Positions 62,771 through 64,000 of a stretch of DNA of 64,000 nucleotides are shown piece after piece. The notes beneath the pieces are model-generated. The model was not told where the DNA came from and made no database searches. It was given only the letters and a program-made list of their open reading frames with translations. A program made the translations under genes and the position numbers. Each line of letters begins with the position of its first letter. The stretch's first letter is position 1. Source of the stretch: Narcine bancroftii (taxonomy: Eukaryota); the NCBI RefSeq assembly GCF_036971445.1, contig NC_091479.1, positions 5,642,001 to 5,706,000 of the forward strand. The letters run 5' to 3'.

Positions 62771-63059
62771 GCCACATTGACCACCGCCAGTGGGCTGATC
62801 TCGCCTCAAACCGTGCATCTTGGCGCCTCACAGTTTGGCGGGCAGCAACCTCCTTTGAAGAAGACCGCAGAGCCCACCTCACTGACAAAAGGCAAAGGAG
62901 GAAAAACCCAACACCCAACCCCAACCCACCAATTTTCCCCTGCAACCGTGTCTGCCTGTCCCGCATCGGTCTTGTCAGCCACAAACGAGCCTGCAGCTGA
63001 CCTGGACATTTACCCCCTCCATAAATCTTCGTCCGCGAAGCCAAGCCAAAGAAAAGAAG
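62771..63059 (+). mobile_element. RTE LINE 3' fragment (LRRC49 intron 1)
   Basis: Encodes [24 protein letters not shown] and carries the same 3' tail. Confidence 0.9.
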
Positions 63060-64000
63060 GGTTGAAACGCAGTTGCCTGAATGTTAGACAATCCTCAGAC
63101 CTTCACGTGTTCTGAACACTGGCCCTCAGTGTTCATACTGACAAAAGAAGAAATATAATTTGCGACAATAAAATTAAACAACTGCAATGGGAAATGGTGA
63201 AAGATGCAAAGATAAGAACCAGACTGGCTCTTGAGTGTGGCAGCACAGTGATAATGCTCCTGCAGTAGAAAAGCTGATGGCACTGAGACTATGGATTTTG
63301 TGCAAAGACCACTATGTCATCTTTGCTCGCCTACTACTTGCAGATTCAAAAGAAAACTATTAATTATGAATTGCTGCAAGATGTATTTTGCACAAAGGTC
63401 CGGAGAACATTGTGTCGTGGGGTTGTACTTGTGCCATGGAATGATACGTGAACTTGAACGAATTAATTAGATCTTGGTGTTGCCAATTATTGCCACATCA
63501 CGTGATTGCATGAGCCCCTTAAAAATGAACATTCTTTGTTAACAACTTGGCAAAGTGATGGAACAAGCTTCCGGCTAAACTGGTGAATGTGGTTCAGTTT
63601 TAACATTTAAGAAGAATTGGGTCAGCTCCACAGATGGGGGAGCTCTGGGGGCCTCTGGACTGGGTGCAGGTCAATGGGACTAGGCAAAAAACAAAGGTTC
63701 GGCACAGACTAGAAGGGCCAGAGCCATGTTTCTGTGTTGTAATGTTCTATGGAGTACATGTCTGACATCACATGTACAACCCTGAGATTTTTTTTCCTGC
63801 AGGTCAGGCAGTTTCTACTTAACAATAAAATACAAAAAAATTGACTCAACAAAAGGGAGAAATGGAAAAGAGAAAGGAGTTCAAACAAACTGCAGTACAG
63901 TAAATAAATATTCAATTATAAATAAAATGCAAAGTCAGAGTCCTTAAATGAGTCCCTGATTGAGTTTGTTGTTGAGGGGTCTGATGGTGGAGGGGGAGCA

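Overview
Vertebrate genomic DNA, probably from a cartilaginous fish (inferred from the CR1, Rex-Babar, RTE, tRNA-SINE and Penelope-like repeat content). It contains four protein-coding genes: TARS3/TARSL2 (+, 18 exons traced, 10004-32304, about 755 aa), TM2D3 (+, 6 exons, 37157-44356, 251 aa), LARP6 (-, 3 exons, 59902 or 59677 down to 51982) and the first coding exon of LRRC49 (+, 62352), which lies head-to-head with LARP6. The main finding is that TARS3 has an open frame and usable splice sites throughout, but has lost the motif 2 and motif 3 arginines, the Thr-binding Asp and Thr, and both anticodon-reading arginines. It keeps the three Zn ligands, the editing-site residues and the N-terminal leucine zipper, which points to an aminoacylation-dead pseudo-synthetase. 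Other observations: a 6 x 56-bp CTCF/YY1/uATG array at the TARS3 start, G4-type minisatellites beside three of the four CpG-island promoters, two 5'-inverted LINEs (an L1 and an RTE) with exact target-site duplications, a 5S-derived SINE3, a GC-AG intron and a possible LARP6 N-terminal extension. All calls come from manual reading and remembered homologue sequences; no database search was run.
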